A stretch of 62,209 nucleotides of DNA from an uncultured Gammaproteobacteria bacterium. GTDB taxonomy: Bacteria; Patescibacteriota; Patescibacteriia; UBA9934; CAZDDW01. The position numbers and the translations under genes are program-made. The stretch is from NCBI GenBank assembly GCA_964480695.1, contig CAYZPO010000001.1, positions 2,160 to 64,368 of the forward strand. The letters run 5' to 3'. How positions within the stretch are numbered: position 1 is the stretch's first letter; every line of letters starts with the position of its first letter. The notes beneath the pieces were generated by a model, which was not told the origin of the DNA, did no database searches, and saw only the letters and a program-made list of their open reading frames with translations. Shown piece by piece: positions 52,219 through 61,283 of this stretch.

Positions 52219-52875
52219 ATGCAGATTTCTTGGCACGGATTGTCGTGTTTTTCTATCACTACCAAAGGATCGCAGGGCGATGTGACCGTGGTGGTTGATC
52301 CATATCAGAACGCAACCGGGTTGCGGTTTCCGCGAACTCTTGAGTCTGGCTTAGTCCTTTCTAGTCACAATGAAGCTGATGCGAATAACGTGGAAGCAGT
52401 GCAAGGTTCCCCGTTTATTGTTAAAACCCCTGGCGAATATGAGGTCAAGGGTGTTTTTGTTTATGCTATCCCAGCTCCACTCAAACCAGAGAAAGAAGGG
52501 GGTAAGGTCACAGAGAATTATATTTTCAGGATCGCGGTTGAGGATATTACCATCGCTCATCTAGGTGCTTTGAATCGGGAGTTGACTGATGATGAGTTGA
52601 AAGAATTGAAAGACGTTGATATTTTAATGATTCCCGTTGGTGGAGGGCGAGTCATGCTACCTAAGACCGCTGTTAAGGCAATCAGTCAGATTGATCCGCG
52701 AGTAGTTATGCCTATGTCCCACGCTATTCCTAATTTGAAAGAGAAGTTTGCCAAAGTTGATGGTTTTTGCAAAGAGATCGGGGTATGTCGTCGGGAAGAT
52801 ATTGCTAAATACAAAATTACTCGAAGTAGTTTACCAGAAGAAGAGACAGTCATTGTTGTCCTGTCTCGATCATAA
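52219..52875 (+). CDS. Metallo-beta-lactamase-fold hydrolase (UPF0173-like)
   Basis: The track ORF starts at TTG 52165, which is the -35 box. ATG 52219 gives MQISWHGLSCFSITT...VVVDPY, the family's N-terminus. Confidence 0.7.
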   Translation: MQISWHGLSCFSITTKGSQGDVTVVVDPYQNATGLRFPRTLESGLVLSSHNEADANNVEAVQGSPFIVKTPGEYEVKGVFVYAIPAPLKPEKEGGKVTENYIFRIAVEDITIAHLGALNRELTDDELKELKDVDILMIPVGGGRVMLPKTAVKAISQIDPRVVMPMSHAIPNLKEKFAKVDGFCKEIGVCRREDIAKYKITRSSLPEEETVIVVLSRS

Positions 52876-52877
52876 AT

Positions 52878-53252
52878 ATGACTGAGGAAGAGCGCCAGCA
52901 ACGAAAGATTTGGTTCTGGATCATCTTTGTTCTGGCCATGCTCGTGATTTTGTACGGGTGGTATCGAATTAATTGGATTACCTGGCGAGACGGTTTTAAT
53001 GGAGTGATCGAGATTCAAGAACAAGGTGAAGAGCTGATGGAAGAGTTCGGTGAGATTGAAGACGAAGCTACAGAGCAGATGATCGAGTTGCGAGATCAGG
53101 CTATAGAAACCGCCCAACCAACAGAGGAGATTTCAGAAGAAAACGTAGATGAAGTCATAGAAATATTAAAGGAAAATATTGAAGAGCAATATGCCGAAGA
53201 AGAAAGTAATCAAGAAGAAGCCGGTGAAGAAAACGGCCAAGAAGAAAACTAA
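52878..53252 (+). CDS. Small membrane-anchored, highly acidic protein
   Basis: One TM segment ([19 protein letters not shown]) followed by a Glu-rich tail. Confidence 0.5.
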   Translation: MTEEERQQRKIWFWIIFVLAMLVILYGWYRINWITWRDGFNGVIEIQEQGEELMEEFGEIEDEATEQMIELRDQAIETAQPTEEISEENVDEVIEILKENIEEQYAEEESNQEEAGEENGQEEN

Positions 53253-53277
53253 AGAACAGGTGGTGGAAGTTCCAGAG

Positions 53278-55716
53278 ATGACTTTGAGAAAAGTTGTGCC
53301 GCAAAGTATTGTGTCAGAAATGGAGACAAGTTATTTGGATTACGCCATGTCTGTAATTGTGATGCGAGCCTTGCCTGATATTCGTGACGGTCTAAAACCA
53401 GTGCATCGTCGAATTTTGTACTCTATGTGGCAGACTGGGCTGCGTTCCAGTGCTAAGTATAAGAAGTGTGCCACGGTTGTCGGAGACGTGCTGGGTAAAT
53501 ATCACCCTCATGGTGACAATGCTGTGTACGATTCTTTGGTGCGTATGGCTCAGGATTTCTCTTTCCGCTATCCGCTGGTTCGTGGTCAAGGAAACTTTGG
53601 TTCACTTGATGGTGATCGAGCCGCTGCTTATCGTTACACTGAGGCCAAGTTGGAAACATTGTCAGAGGAACTGCTTTTAGATATTGAAAAACAGACTGTT
53701 GATTTCCGACCAAACTTTGATGGTAGTCACAAAGAGCCGTCAGTGCTTCCGGCTAGATTGCCAAACCTTCTTTTGAATGGAACCTTAGGCATTGCTGTGG
53801 GAATGGCTACAAACATTCCACCACATAATTTAACCGAGCTTTGTGATGGGGTGATCCATCTGATTGATAATCCAGACGCTACCATTGATGATTTGACCGG
53901 ATTTATTAAAGGGCCGGATTTTCCAACCGGAGGAATTATTTATGATATTAAAGAGATCAAACAAGCTTACGCCACAGGAAAAGGACCGGTAGTGACACGA
54001 GCCAAGACTGAGATCATGGAGCGCAAAGGTGGTTTCAATATTATCATCACGGAGATTCCATATTTAGTGAATAAAGCCAGTTTGTTAGAGAAAATTGCTA
54101 ACTTGGTGCGAGAGAAAAAGATTGATGGGATTAAGGATTTGCGCGATGAGTCAACTAAGGATGGGGTTCGAGTGGTGATTGAACTCAAGCGTGACGCTTT
54201 TCCTAAAAAAGTTTTGAACCGTTTGTATCAGCTGACCCAACTTCAGGATACTTTCCACGTTAACATGGTAGCTCTGGTTGATAATGGATTGCAGCCGCGG
54301 TTGGTCAACCTGAAGACCATGCTTGAGGAGTATGTAAAGCATCGTGAAGAAGTGGTGCGTCGTCGCACCCAGTTTGATCTGGATCGAGCCAAGGAACGAG
54401 CTCATATTCTCGAAGGTTTGCGCATCGCTATTTTGAAGATCGACAAAATCATTGCCACGATTAAGAAATCTAAAGACAAGGACGAGGCCCGTAAGAATTT
54501 GATGAAGAAATTCAAGCTGACTGAGCGTCAGGCCGTGGCCATTTTGGAGATGAAGCTGCAACAGCTGGCTAACCTGGAACGCCTGAAGGTTGAGCAGGAG
54601 TATAAAGAAAAGCAGAAACTGATCAAACAACTGGAGCTGATTCTGAAATCCAAGAAGAAACGAATGAATATTGTTAAAACCGAAGTTGAAGAGATTAAAG
54701 AAAAGTATGGTGATGAGCGCCGGACTGAGGTTGTGGCTCATGGAGTTAAAAATTTCAAGATGGAAGATGTGATCCCGGACTCACCGACTGTAGTTATGAT
54801 TACTAGAGATGGTTACATCAAGCGTTTGCCACCAGATACCTTTAAGAAACAGGCCCGTGGTGGTAAAGGTGTGACTGGTTTATCAACCAAGGAAGAAGAT
54901 ATAGTTGATAAGGTTTTCACCACCTCGACTCATAAGGATCTGTTATTCTTTACTAACCGTGGTCGCGTGTTCAAGCTCAAGGCTTACGAAGTTCCAGAGT
55001 CCACGCGCACAGCCAAGGGTCAGGCTATGGTTAACTTTTTGCAGTTGGCTCCAGGCGAAGTGGTTGAGGCCACCTTCTCGATTGAGGACATCGAAGACTG
55101 CAAGTATCTGACCATGATTACTAGAAAAGGAACGATTAAGAAGACCGAGCTCAAAGAATTCGATAATGTTCGACGTTCTGGTTTGATCGCTATTAAACTT
55201 AAAGACGGAGACAGCTTGTGGGCTGTTCGTATTACCACTGGAAAGAACAATGTCATTCTGGCCACTCAGAAAGGACAAGCAATTCATTTTAAGGAATCAA
55301 ATATTCGTGCCATGGGTCGAACTGCAGCTGGAGTGCGAGCGATTAAATTGAAGGGCGAAGATATTGTTGTGGGAATGGATGTGCTGCCAGAGAAGATCAA
55401 AAAGGGTGAGTATCAGTTACTGGTGATTATGCGCAATGGATATGGTAAACGAACTGATTTGACCGAATACAAAGTTCAGGGTCGTGGAGGGTCTGGAATT
55501 AAGACTGCTAATGTTACTGCTAAAACTGGAGACATTGTGACTGCTCGAGTCGTGAAGCATAAAGACGAACGAGATCTGATCGTTATGTCCGAAGCTGCTC
55601 AGGTAATTCGAATGTCTCTTAGCTCAGTCTCAGTTCTTGGTCGGGCCACACAAGGAGTTAAAGTAATGGGCTTTAAGAAAGACAAGGATCAGATTGCTTC
55701 GGTGACGTTGGTGTAA
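53278..55716 (+). CDS. gyrA: DNA gyrase subunit A
   Basis: [45 protein letters not shown] aligns with canonical GyrA N-termini. The active-site region [10 protein letters not shown] is present. The track ORF extends to 53179 (see findings). Confidence 0.95.
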   Translation: MTLRKVVPQSIVSEMETSYLDYAMSVIVMRALPDIRDGLKPVHRRILYSMWQTGLRSSAKYKKCATVVGDVLGKYHPHGDNAVYDSLVRMAQDFSFRYPLVRGQGNFGSLDGDRAAAYRYTEAKLETLSEELLLDIEKQTVDFRPNFDGSHKEPSVLPARLPNLLLNGTLGIAVGMATNIPPHNLTELCDGVIHLIDNPDATIDDLTGFIKGPDFPTGGIIYDIKEIKQAYATGKGPVVTRAKTEIMERKGGFNIIITEIPYLVNKASLLEKIANLVREKKIDGIKDLRDESTKDGVRVVIELKRDAFPKKVLNRLYQLTQLQDTFHVNMVALVDNGLQPRLVNLKTMLEEYVKHREEVVRRRTQFDLDRAKERAHILEGLRIAILKIDKIIATIKKSKDKDEARKNLMKKFKLTERQAVAILEMKLQQLANLERLKVEQEYKEKQKLIKQLELILKSKKKRMNIVKTEVEEIKEKYGDERRTEVVAHGVKNFKMEDVIPDSPTVVMITRDGYIKRLPPDTFKKQARGGKGVTGLSTKEEDIVDKVFTTSTHKDLLFFTNRGRVFKLKAYEVPESTRTAKGQAMVNFLQLAPGEVVEATFSIEDIEDCKYLTMITRKGTIKKTELKEFDNVRRSGLIAIKLKDGDSLWAVRITTGKNNVILATQKGQAIHFKESNIRAMGRTAAGVRAIKLKGEDIVVGMDVLPEKIKKGEYQLLVIMRNGYGKRTDLTEYKVQGRGGSGIKTANVTAKTGDIVTARVVKHKDERDLIVMSEAAQVIRMSLSSVSVLGRATQGVKVMGFKKDKDQIASVTLV

Positions 55717-55740
55717 AAATAACAAGGATCAAATAACAAA

Positions 55741-55772
55741 AACCAAGCAGGGTCGCAGGATCCTGCTTTTGG
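55741..55772 (+). terminator. gyrA terminator
   Basis: AAGCAGG-gtcgcaggat-CCTGCTT followed by TTTGG. Confidence 0.6.
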
Positions 55773-55801
55773 TTGACAGAGTGATCAGGTCACGCTAAGT
55801 T
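55773..55801 (+). promoter_or_regulatory. Promoter in front of the high-GC islet gene
   Basis: TTGACA-17 nt-TAAGTT. Confidence 0.5.
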
Positions 55802-55972
55802 AATTTAAGATCATTGAAAACGTCTTACTCTCGCCTCGAAGCTGGGGAACAGGTTCCTAGTGGCAGGGCGGGCCAAAACCGTGCACTGCGGAAGCGTCAG
55901 GATCGATGCCGCCCGAAGGGGTGGATTCGTGCCTTATACGCCAGGCTGTGGTGGTCGAAGGGTCAAGTCAGA

Positions 55973-56914
55973 ATGAGCGTGTCTCCAAGAGAACAAAGGA
56001 AAAGAGAGTTTGGGATGCTCGGACGGTTGATGCAGCTATTCGGAGGGCCGTCAGAGCTGTTCCGATCAGCTGCTCTTCAGGGTTTCGTGGATATCTCATA
56101 CGCACGGGATGTGTGCGAGGCTATTGATGGTCGGCATCTGAGCCAACCCGAACTTCAGGTCCTCAGACGGCAGGTGCGCCTGCGCATGCAAGATCCAAGG
56201 TGGGGGGACTCGTCAAAGGATCAGGTCGAGGTCTCGTACGCGATTCCTGGGAGATACATTTCTCCAAAGGCTCTCCGTGCTGCTTTGTTTGGACACATCG
56301 ACTACACTCCGGAACAGCTCGAAGCTCTGGCCGAGATCCCGTACACTCGAAAAGAGGTGATAGAGGAGGTTGGTGGAAAAGACGGCCAAGAGGCCATCCT
56401 GTTCCCAGGGCATCCGTCAATCAACGCCAAGCGTCTGTACGATATCTTCTGGCATGATCGACACAGAACTCCCTATTTCGGTGGGGTTAGTCAGAATGGG
56501 CTGACGTTCAAACACGGCTCCTTCTGGTGGTTCGACGATCGATGCAAGGAGATCGCTGAACGACCCTTGGAGCTGCGGTGGTATCTGGTCCGTACCTCCT
56601 GTGAGCCGTACGACACTTGTGACACTGACACTCATCGTCAAACCTGGTTGATCGAAGCCTTGATGGCGGCTTTGTTGCTCTACTCTGTGGGGCAACGCGG
56701 GTTCGTTCAGCGCAGGGTTGGAACGAACGTGGTCAACGGGGATGCCACGATTGAGTGCCGTGAGCGCAGTGTCCATCTTGATTCAGGAGATGTCTATCCT
56801 GAACACGGTGTTGGTCTTGATATGAACGAACACGGTCAAGTCGATATCAAGACTTCGTCTGGTCATGGGTCTCACGGCCCCTTGTGGGTAAGACGACTTC
56901 CTGATGGCTCTTAG
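55973..56914 (+). CDS. Hypothetical protein (orphan), high-GC islet
   Basis: ORF 55814..56914 (TTG). The first ATG, 55973, gives MSVSPREQRKREFGMLGRLMQLFGG... No motif recognised. Confidence 0.5.
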   Translation: MSVSPREQRKREFGMLGRLMQLFGGPSELFRSAALQGFVDISYARDVCEAIDGRHLSQPELQVLRRQVRLRMQDPRWGDSSKDQVEVSYAIPGRYISPKALRAALFGHIDYTPEQLEALAEIPYTRKEVIEEVGGKDGQEAILFPGHPSINAKRLYDIFWHDRHRTPYFGGVSQNGLTFKHGSFWWFDDRCKEIAERPLELRWYLVRTSCEPYDTCDTDTHRQTWLIEALMAALLLYSVGQRGFVQRRVGTNVVNGDATIECRERSVHLDSGDVYPEHGVGLDMNEHGQVDIKTSSGHGSHGPLWVRRLPDGS

Positions 56915-56969
56915 TTGAGCCGTTTCCTTCGGGCGCCTGCGATCCAGCCGGCGCTCTTTCCATTTCTAA

Positions 56970-57015
56970 AAGAAAACCACCCCGATCGTGAGGACCGAGT
57001 GTGGTCTGATCGGGG
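56970..57015 (-). terminator. Terminator between convergent islet genes
   Basis: CCCCGATC...GATCGGGG stem, followed on the minus strand by TGGTTTTCTTTT. Confidence 0.45.
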
Positions 57016-57037
57016 GGGGTGAAGGTTGAGTGGCTAG

Positions 57038-57664
57038 CTAACCGCTCTGGGTGTGCTGGGCTTCGGTCTGGGCCTTGGCCAGCTCTGCGTCGAAGTAGGC
57101 CTGGGCCGCATCCAGGAGTCGGTCGTTGCAGGAGGCGAACTCACCCATGTCCAGATTGCACCGGTAGTCGGCAACGTCGACCCAGTACACGTTGCCGGTG
57201 ATGTTGAACAGGGTCTGCTCTTCTGCCGTTCGGCTACCGTCTTCCCAACGGTCGACCATCGACCAGCTGGTCTGGCTCGAACGCTTGCTGCTGATGTATG
57301 TCCTGGTACCCATGGCGGTCTGGTCACGCGTGTCCAGTACGATCCGGCGAGCCCAGATTCCGAGGTTGCCCAGCTCGGGCAGGTCACAGGCCAGCAGGCC
57401 ATGGCCCAGGTTCTGGAGTTCACAGACGTGCGACTCATGGACCTCGCTCACGTCCGGCTTCTCCAGCCGTTCGAAAGCCTCCCGACTCGGGTAGGTGAAC
57501 GTGGTCGTTTCCACGGTGTACACCAGCGCCGGGGCCGGCGTCCAGCGGATCACGACCTCGTCCTCCACGGTCTGGGAGCTGTGGGTGTAGGGCTCGGCCA
57601 TGGCTGGCAGAGCGAACAGGACGCTGATCAGCGGGAACAGGTAGAACAGGCGGAAAAAGGACAT
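57038..57664 (-). CDS. Secreted orphan protein, high-GC islet
   Basis: ORF to 57715. ATG 57664 gives the signal peptide MSFFRLFYLFPLISVLFALPAMAEP. Confidence 0.55.
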   Translation of the reverse strand: MSFFRLFYLFPLISVLFALPAMAEPYTHSSQTVEDEVVIRWTPAPALVYTVETTTFTYPSREAFERLEKPDVSEVHESHVCELQNLGHGLLACDLPELGNLGIWARRIVLDTRDQTAMGTRTYISSKRSSQTSWSMVDRWEDGSRTAEEQTLFNITGNVYWVDVADYRCNLDMGEFASCNDRLLDAAQAYFDAELAKAQTEAQHTQSG

Positions 57665-57773
57665 GGGACCTCCGTGATGGTTTGGGTGATGGTTAGGCGA
57701 CGTTGTTTGTGCCACCGAACAACTAAAGAATATAGTCGAAAGTTCTTAATTTGTCAAGATTCACCTCTCCTGG

Positions 57774-57802
57774 TTGACACTTTTAAGCTAATTTGGTATC
57801 CT
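57774..57802 (+). promoter_or_regulatory. Promoter of rpmF
   Basis: TTGACA-17 nt-TATCCT, the same -10 as the csp promoter. Confidence 0.6.
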
Positions 57803-57827
57803 TTCGCCACGATTTAATGTTTATTTA

Positions 57828-57843
57828 ACGCCCTTACGGGCGT
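57828..57843. repeat. 16-nt GC hairpin in the rpmF 5' UTR
   Basis: ACGCCC-TTAC-GGGCGT. Its exact reverse complement occurs at 59624-59639, inside queH. Confidence 0.8.
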
Positions 57844-57856
57844 CATTCCCTTCGAT

Positions 57857-58147
57857 ATGTCCGTACCAGTCCGACGACAAACTCATGGCAAGACTCGACG
57901 ACGACGAGCTCATCACGCTCTGAAAAAAGTGGTTTTGTCCGTGTGTTCAAAATGTAAAAAAGCGGTTCAGCCGCATCGAGCTTGTGGATTCTGTGGTCAC
58001 TACGGTGACAAACAGGTGATTGATACAGCTCGTAAGAGTGAGCGCGCTTTGCGCAAAGCCCAGGCTGAGGCTCAAGCCAAAGAAGCTGCCAAAGAAGAGA
58101 CTAAAGCTTCGGAGGACAAAAAAACCAAAACCAAGAAAGAGGCCTAG
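57857..58147 (+). CDS. rpmF: 50S ribosomal protein L32 with a long Lys/Ala/Glu-rich C-terminal extension
   Basis: MSVPVRRQTHGKTRRRRAHHAL...CSKCKKAVQPHRACGFCGHY. Confidence 0.9.
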   Translation: MSVPVRRQTHGKTRRRRAHHALKKVVLSVCSKCKKAVQPHRACGFCGHYGDKQVIDTARKSERALRKAQAEAQAKEAAKEETKASEDKKTKTKKEA

Positions 58148-58217
58148 TGCCTCTTTTTGGAATGTGCTAATCTATAAGTACGTTCCTTAGTTCTTAAGTT
58201 CTTAAGTTCCTTAGTCT

Positions 58218-58691
58218 ATGTCAAATCGACACTTAGCGAGAACGATCGCTTTACAAACACTGTATCAATGGGATTTTTTGGAGCAGCCTGAAGGCCGCAT
58301 CGAAGAGCTTATTGGGTACAGTAAAGAAGAGTTTGCCCCGCAGTTTGATGACGGCGGTTTTATTAAAGAATTAGTTGATGGCGTGCTCAAGCATCAGGAC
58401 GAGATCGATGAGACGATCACTACCTTTGCCCCGGACTGGCCATTGGAAACGATTACTATTGTTGATCGTAACGTGTTGCGTTTAGGAACATATGAGTTGA
58501 AGTTTTCCGAGAACGTGCCTTCTAAGGTAGCGATTAACGAAGCGATTGAGTTGGCCAAAGGGTTTGGAGGACAGGCTTCTGGTCGTTTTGTTAACGGCGT
58601 GCTCGGCGCGATCTATAAAAACATGATTGCACGAGGGGAAGAAAAAGAAGTCGACAAGAATCCACCGAAGAAAGATAAACCTAAAGAATAA
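58218..58691 (+). CDS. nusB: Transcription antitermination factor NusB
   Basis: RHLARTIALQTLYQWDF..., VDRNVLRLGTYEL, AINEAIELAK. Confidence 0.85.
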   Translation: MSNRHLARTIALQTLYQWDFLEQPEGRIEELIGYSKEEFAPQFDDGGFIKELVDGVLKHQDEIDETITTFAPDWPLETITIVDRNVLRLGTYELKFSENVPSKVAINEAIELAKGFGGQASGRFVNGVLGAIYKNMIARGEEKEVDKNPPKKDKPKE

Positions 58692-58694
58692 TTT

Positions 58695-59393
58695 ATGACC
58701 CAAGATGCAGATTTGTCCAAACTGGAAGAAACGCTCGGCGTGAAGTTTCAGGAGGTTGATACCTTGCGCCAAGCGCTTGTTCACCGCAGCTATATCAATG
58801 AGCATCCAGATTTTCGGCTCGGTCACAACGAGCGTCTGGAGTTCTTAGGTGATGCTGTTTTGGAACTGGTGGTTACAGAAAACCTGTACCACAATTTTGA
58901 TAATCCTGAAGGGGAGTTAACTAACTGGCGAGCAGCTTTGGTCAACGCTGAGATGAACGCGGACCTTTGTATCAAGTTGGACGTTGATGATTATCTGTAT
59001 CTTTCCAAAGGTGAATCTAAGGATACAAGCTCTAAGGCCCGACGTTATATTTTAGCTAATGCTTTTGAAGCGATTATTGGGGCGATTTATATAGATCAAG
59101 GTTGGGATGCATCTAAGGATTTTATTGAGCGGACTAACCTGGCGGAACTGCCACGTGTGTTGGAGCAGAAGCTGTACATTGATCCAAAGAGTCGGTTCCA
59201 GGAAGCAGCTCAGGATCGGTTTAGTTTGACACCGAGCTATAAAGTCCTGGAAGAATCTGGTCCAGACCATAATAAGAAATTTATTGTTGGGGTGTATCTT
59301 GGAAAAGAGCTGGTTGCTGAAGGTGAGGGGACCAGTAAACATGAAGGTCAGGTGGCTGCAGCCCAGGCCGCGATTGAGAAAAAAGGATGGTAA
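58695..59393 (+). CDS. rnc: Ribonuclease III
   Basis: NERLEFLGDAVLELVV signature plus a C-terminal dsRBD. Confidence 0.9.
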   Translation: MTQDADLSKLEETLGVKFQEVDTLRQALVHRSYINEHPDFRLGHNERLEFLGDAVLELVVTENLYHNFDNPEGELTNWRAALVNAEMNADLCIKLDVDDYLYLSKGESKDTSSKARRYILANAFEAIIGAIYIDQGWDASKDFIERTNLAELPRVLEQKLYIDPKSRFQEAAQDRFSLTPSYKVLEESGPDHNKKFIVGVYLGKELVAEGEGTSKHEGQVAAAQAAIEKKGW

Positions 59394-59950
59394 AGTTGTT
59401 ATTACATGTTTGTTGTGGGACCTGCGGTTCGTGGGTTCCAAAGCGTCTTAGTCATGAATATGACGTGACGCTTTTTTATTTCAATCCTAACGTTCATCCA
59501 GAAGAGGAGTATCAGCGACGCCTCGAAGGAGCCCGGCTGATGGCTGATGAACTCGGATTGGATCTGGTCGAAGGTGGCTATGATCCTGAAGCTTGGTTTA
59601 AGTTTGTTCTTCAGTCGGGAGTGACGCCCGTAAGGGCGTTACAGTCAGAACCAGAAGGCGGACAGCGCTGCCAACTTTGTTTTGAGCACCGACTTCGAGC
59701 CACTGCCGAGCATGCTCGTGATAACGACTTTGATTGTTTTGCTACAACATTGACTGTGGGTCGACGAAAAAAAGCCAGCGATGTTAATCCGGTTGGTGAG
59801 CGTATTGCTGATGAAGTTGGGGTCAAATTTTTATCTCGCGATTTTAAAAAAGCTGGGGGAGAAGACCTATCACAAATCCGAGCCCAAGAGCTCGGAGTGT
59901 ACCGACAAGAATACTGTGGGTGTATTTATTCGCATTCTTGTCGGGAGTGA
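59387..59950 (+). CDS. queH: Epoxyqueuosine reductase QueH (DUF208)
   Basis: LLLHVCCGTCG, YFFNPNVHPEEEYQRR, RCQLCFEHRL, YRQEYCGCIYS. Confidence 0.8.
   Translation: MVKLLLHVCCGTCGSWVPKRLSHEYDVTLFYFNPNVHPEEEYQRRLEGARLMADELGLDLVEGGYDPEAWFKFVLQSGVTPVRALQSEPEGGQRCQLCFEHRLRATAEHARDNDFDCFATTLTVGRRKKASDVNPVGERIADEVGVKFLSRDFKKAGGEDLSQIRAQELGVYRQEYCGCIYSHSCRE
59624..59639. repeat. 16-nt GC hairpin inside the queH coding sequence
   Basis: ACGCCC-GTAA-GGGCGT (encodes ..VTPVRAL..). Confidence 0.8.
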
Positions 59951-59969
59951 CCCCGCCGCTGGCGGGGTT
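59949..59969. repeat. GC-rich hairpin at the queH stop (terminator-like)
   Basis: GACCCCGCC-GCT-GGCGGGGTT. Partner of 43029-43049. Confidence 0.8.
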
Positions 59970-60055
59970 ATCTTGTTGTGTAGCGGAACCCTTTAGGGTT
60001 CCATTTTGAAACGGGGAACCGCACAGGTCGCAAGGGACGTGTGCGGCAGGTGAGG

Positions 60056-60808
60056 TTAGTTGCGCGAGGGGAGCAACCTCTCGATCAGAACATCAGTAGC
60101 TTCACTGGGAGGCAAAACTCGAGCTGGTGGATCCGGTCGGTGTTCCTTCCAGTGGTCTTCGAGCTGCTCCAGGACCTTGACCAGTTGTTTGGATCGGTCC
60201 GAGGCCCGAAAGAAGATCTGGGTGATAGCCCACGAGCGATCTCGGCCATAGCGCTGGAAGATCTTGAATCCGCGCTCCCAGAGTACCCCCAGGCGACCTC
60301 TCATCAGGTGCTGGAAGCTGCCTCTAGTTACGGTTTTGTCTGGAGACTTCATGATCAGTCCTTTGGCCAGAGCGTAGCTCAGGAGCGGGTTGTGAATTTG
60401 GTCCGGTTGGACCGGTGGTCCAGCGAGCTGGTCGAACCCTAACAGGATCGGTTCTAAGGCGAGCCCGTTGTTGACCGATTCCAGAACTTCAGTACTGCGT
60501 TCTGTTGGGATAGCTCGGACCCCAGGAGCATACACCCGAAGCGAATGTTCAACTGGACCTTCAGGTCCATCAAGAACGATGGTTAGGAAAAGGTGTCCTT
60601 CTACACCGTTAACGAAACGTATCTGACCCAAGCTTCCAGCCGGGAGGTGAATCGTGACGAACGTAGGTAGTCCTGGTAGTCTGATCTGGAAACGCGTGCG
60701 GAAGCGTACAACTTGGCCTGCTTCCAGCGTGATCAGTTGCACCTCAGCCCCCGAACAGCCAGGGGAAGAAGTTCTTGAGAACAAGCTGAGCAAGAATCGC
60801 GATGGCAC
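60056..60808 (-). CDS. Hypothetical protein (orphan), higher-GC islet; start uncertain
   Basis: 250-aa ORF. A GTG at ~60741, just after the stop of a 28-aa upstream peptide ORF, is an alternative start. Confidence 0.45.
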   Translation of the reverse strand: MPSRFLLSLFSRTSSPGCSGAEVQLITLEAGQVVRFRTRFQIRLPGLPTFVTIHLPAGSLGQIRFVNGVEGHLFLTIVLDGPEGPVEHSLRVYAPGVRAIPTERSTEVLESVNNGLALEPILLGFDQLAGPPVQPDQIHNPLLSYALAKGLIMKSPDKTVTRGSFQHLMRGRLGVLWERGFKIFQRYGRDRSWAITQIFFRASDRSKQLVKVLEQLEDHWKEHRPDPPARVLPPSEATDVLIERLLPSRN

Positions 60809-60830
60809 ACAGGCCAGCTAGGTAGTTCAT
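60744..60830 (-). CDS. Possible 28-aa hydrophobic peptide
   Basis: MNYLAGLCAIAILAQLVLKNFFPWLFGG. Overlaps the annotated N-terminus of the 250-aa ORF in another frame. Confidence 0.25.
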   Translation of the reverse strand: MNYLAGLCAIAILAQLVLKNFFPWLFGG

Positions 60831-60960
60831 GCGGCCTCGGGGAAGCCGCGGTTTGACTCGCTTCCCGATGAGTTCCAGACCGATGATCATGACGACCCCC
60901 TGGTTGACGTTTGTGAGACTGTAGTTTAAAAAACGGTTTTTGTCAATTGTTTAAAAAACA

Positions 60961-60990
60961 AAAACTCCCTGGAAAAATCCAAGGAGTTTT
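60961..60990 (-). terminator. Terminator of tRNA-Arg
   Basis: Minus strand: AAAACTCCTTGG-ATTTTT-CCAGGGAGTTTT, then TGTTTTTT. Confidence 0.65.
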
Positions 60991-61067
60991 TGGTGCGGGC
61001 GGGAGGACTCGAACCCCCGACCTTCTGGTCCGAAGCCAGACGCTCTATCCAGCTGAGCTACACCCGC
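60991..61067 (-). tRNA. tRNA-Arg (anticodon TCG), CCA encoded
   Basis: The reverse strand GCGGGTGTAGCTCAGCTGGATAGAGCGTCTGGCTTCGGACCAGAAGGTCGGGGGTTCGAGTCCTCCCGCCCGCACCA forms a cloverleaf with loop CTTCGGA. Confidence 0.9.
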
Positions 61068-61076
61068 ATGAGCTGG

Positions 61077-61105
61077 ATCGTATCAAGAATCTTGACTTTT
61101 GTCAA
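61077..61105 (-). promoter_or_regulatory. Promoter of tRNA-Arg
   Basis: Minus strand: TTGACA-17 nt-TACGAT, 9 nt before the mature 5' end. Its -35 interlocks with the tRNA-Lys -35. Confidence 0.6.
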
Positions 61106-61120
61106 TCATCTTAGTATAAT
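61092..61120 (+). promoter_or_regulatory. Promoter of tRNA-Lys
   Basis: TTGACT-17 nt-TATAAT, 19 nt before the mature 5' end. Confidence 0.7.
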
Positions 61121-61139
61121 TCCGACGCAAAAATAATAT

Positions 61140-61216
61140 GCCCCGTTAGCTCAGCCCGGCAGAGCAGTTGGCTCTTAACCAAACGGTCGCAGGTTCGAGT
61201 CCTGCACGGGGCACCA
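61140..61216 (+). tRNA. tRNA-Lys (anticodon CTT), CCA encoded
   Basis: GCCCCGTTAGCTCAGCCCGGCAGAGCAGTTGGCTCTTAACCAAACGGTCGCAGGTTCGAGTCCTGCACGGGGCACCA. Loop CTCTTAA, with one G-A mismatch at the top of the anticodon stem. Confidence 0.85.
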
Positions 61217-61219
61217 CAG

Positions 61220-61253
61220 AACTCCGAGATCCGTCTCGGGGTTTTGTGTTTTC
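61220..61253 (+). terminator. Terminator of tRNA-Lys
   Basis: AACTCCGAGA-TCCG-TCTCGGGGTT followed by TTGTGTTTTC. Confidence 0.7.
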
Positions 61254-61283
61254 TTGGTAAGCATCATGTGATAAAATATAATC

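Noticed and set aside
54151-54741. 196-aa minus-strand ORF inside gyrA
   Set aside because: It is antisense to a highly conserved gene, and its Leu/Phe/Gln-rich product mirrors the Lys/Glu-rich coiled region.
57053-57817. 254-aa plus-strand ORF
   Set aside because: It is antisense to the signal-peptide gene 57038-57664 and would run through the rpmF promoter.
60904-60932. TTGACG-17 nt-TAAAAA promoter-like string on the plus strand
   Set aside because: It would transcribe antisense into tRNA-Arg with no downstream gene. It is likely a chance match in AT-rich spacer.
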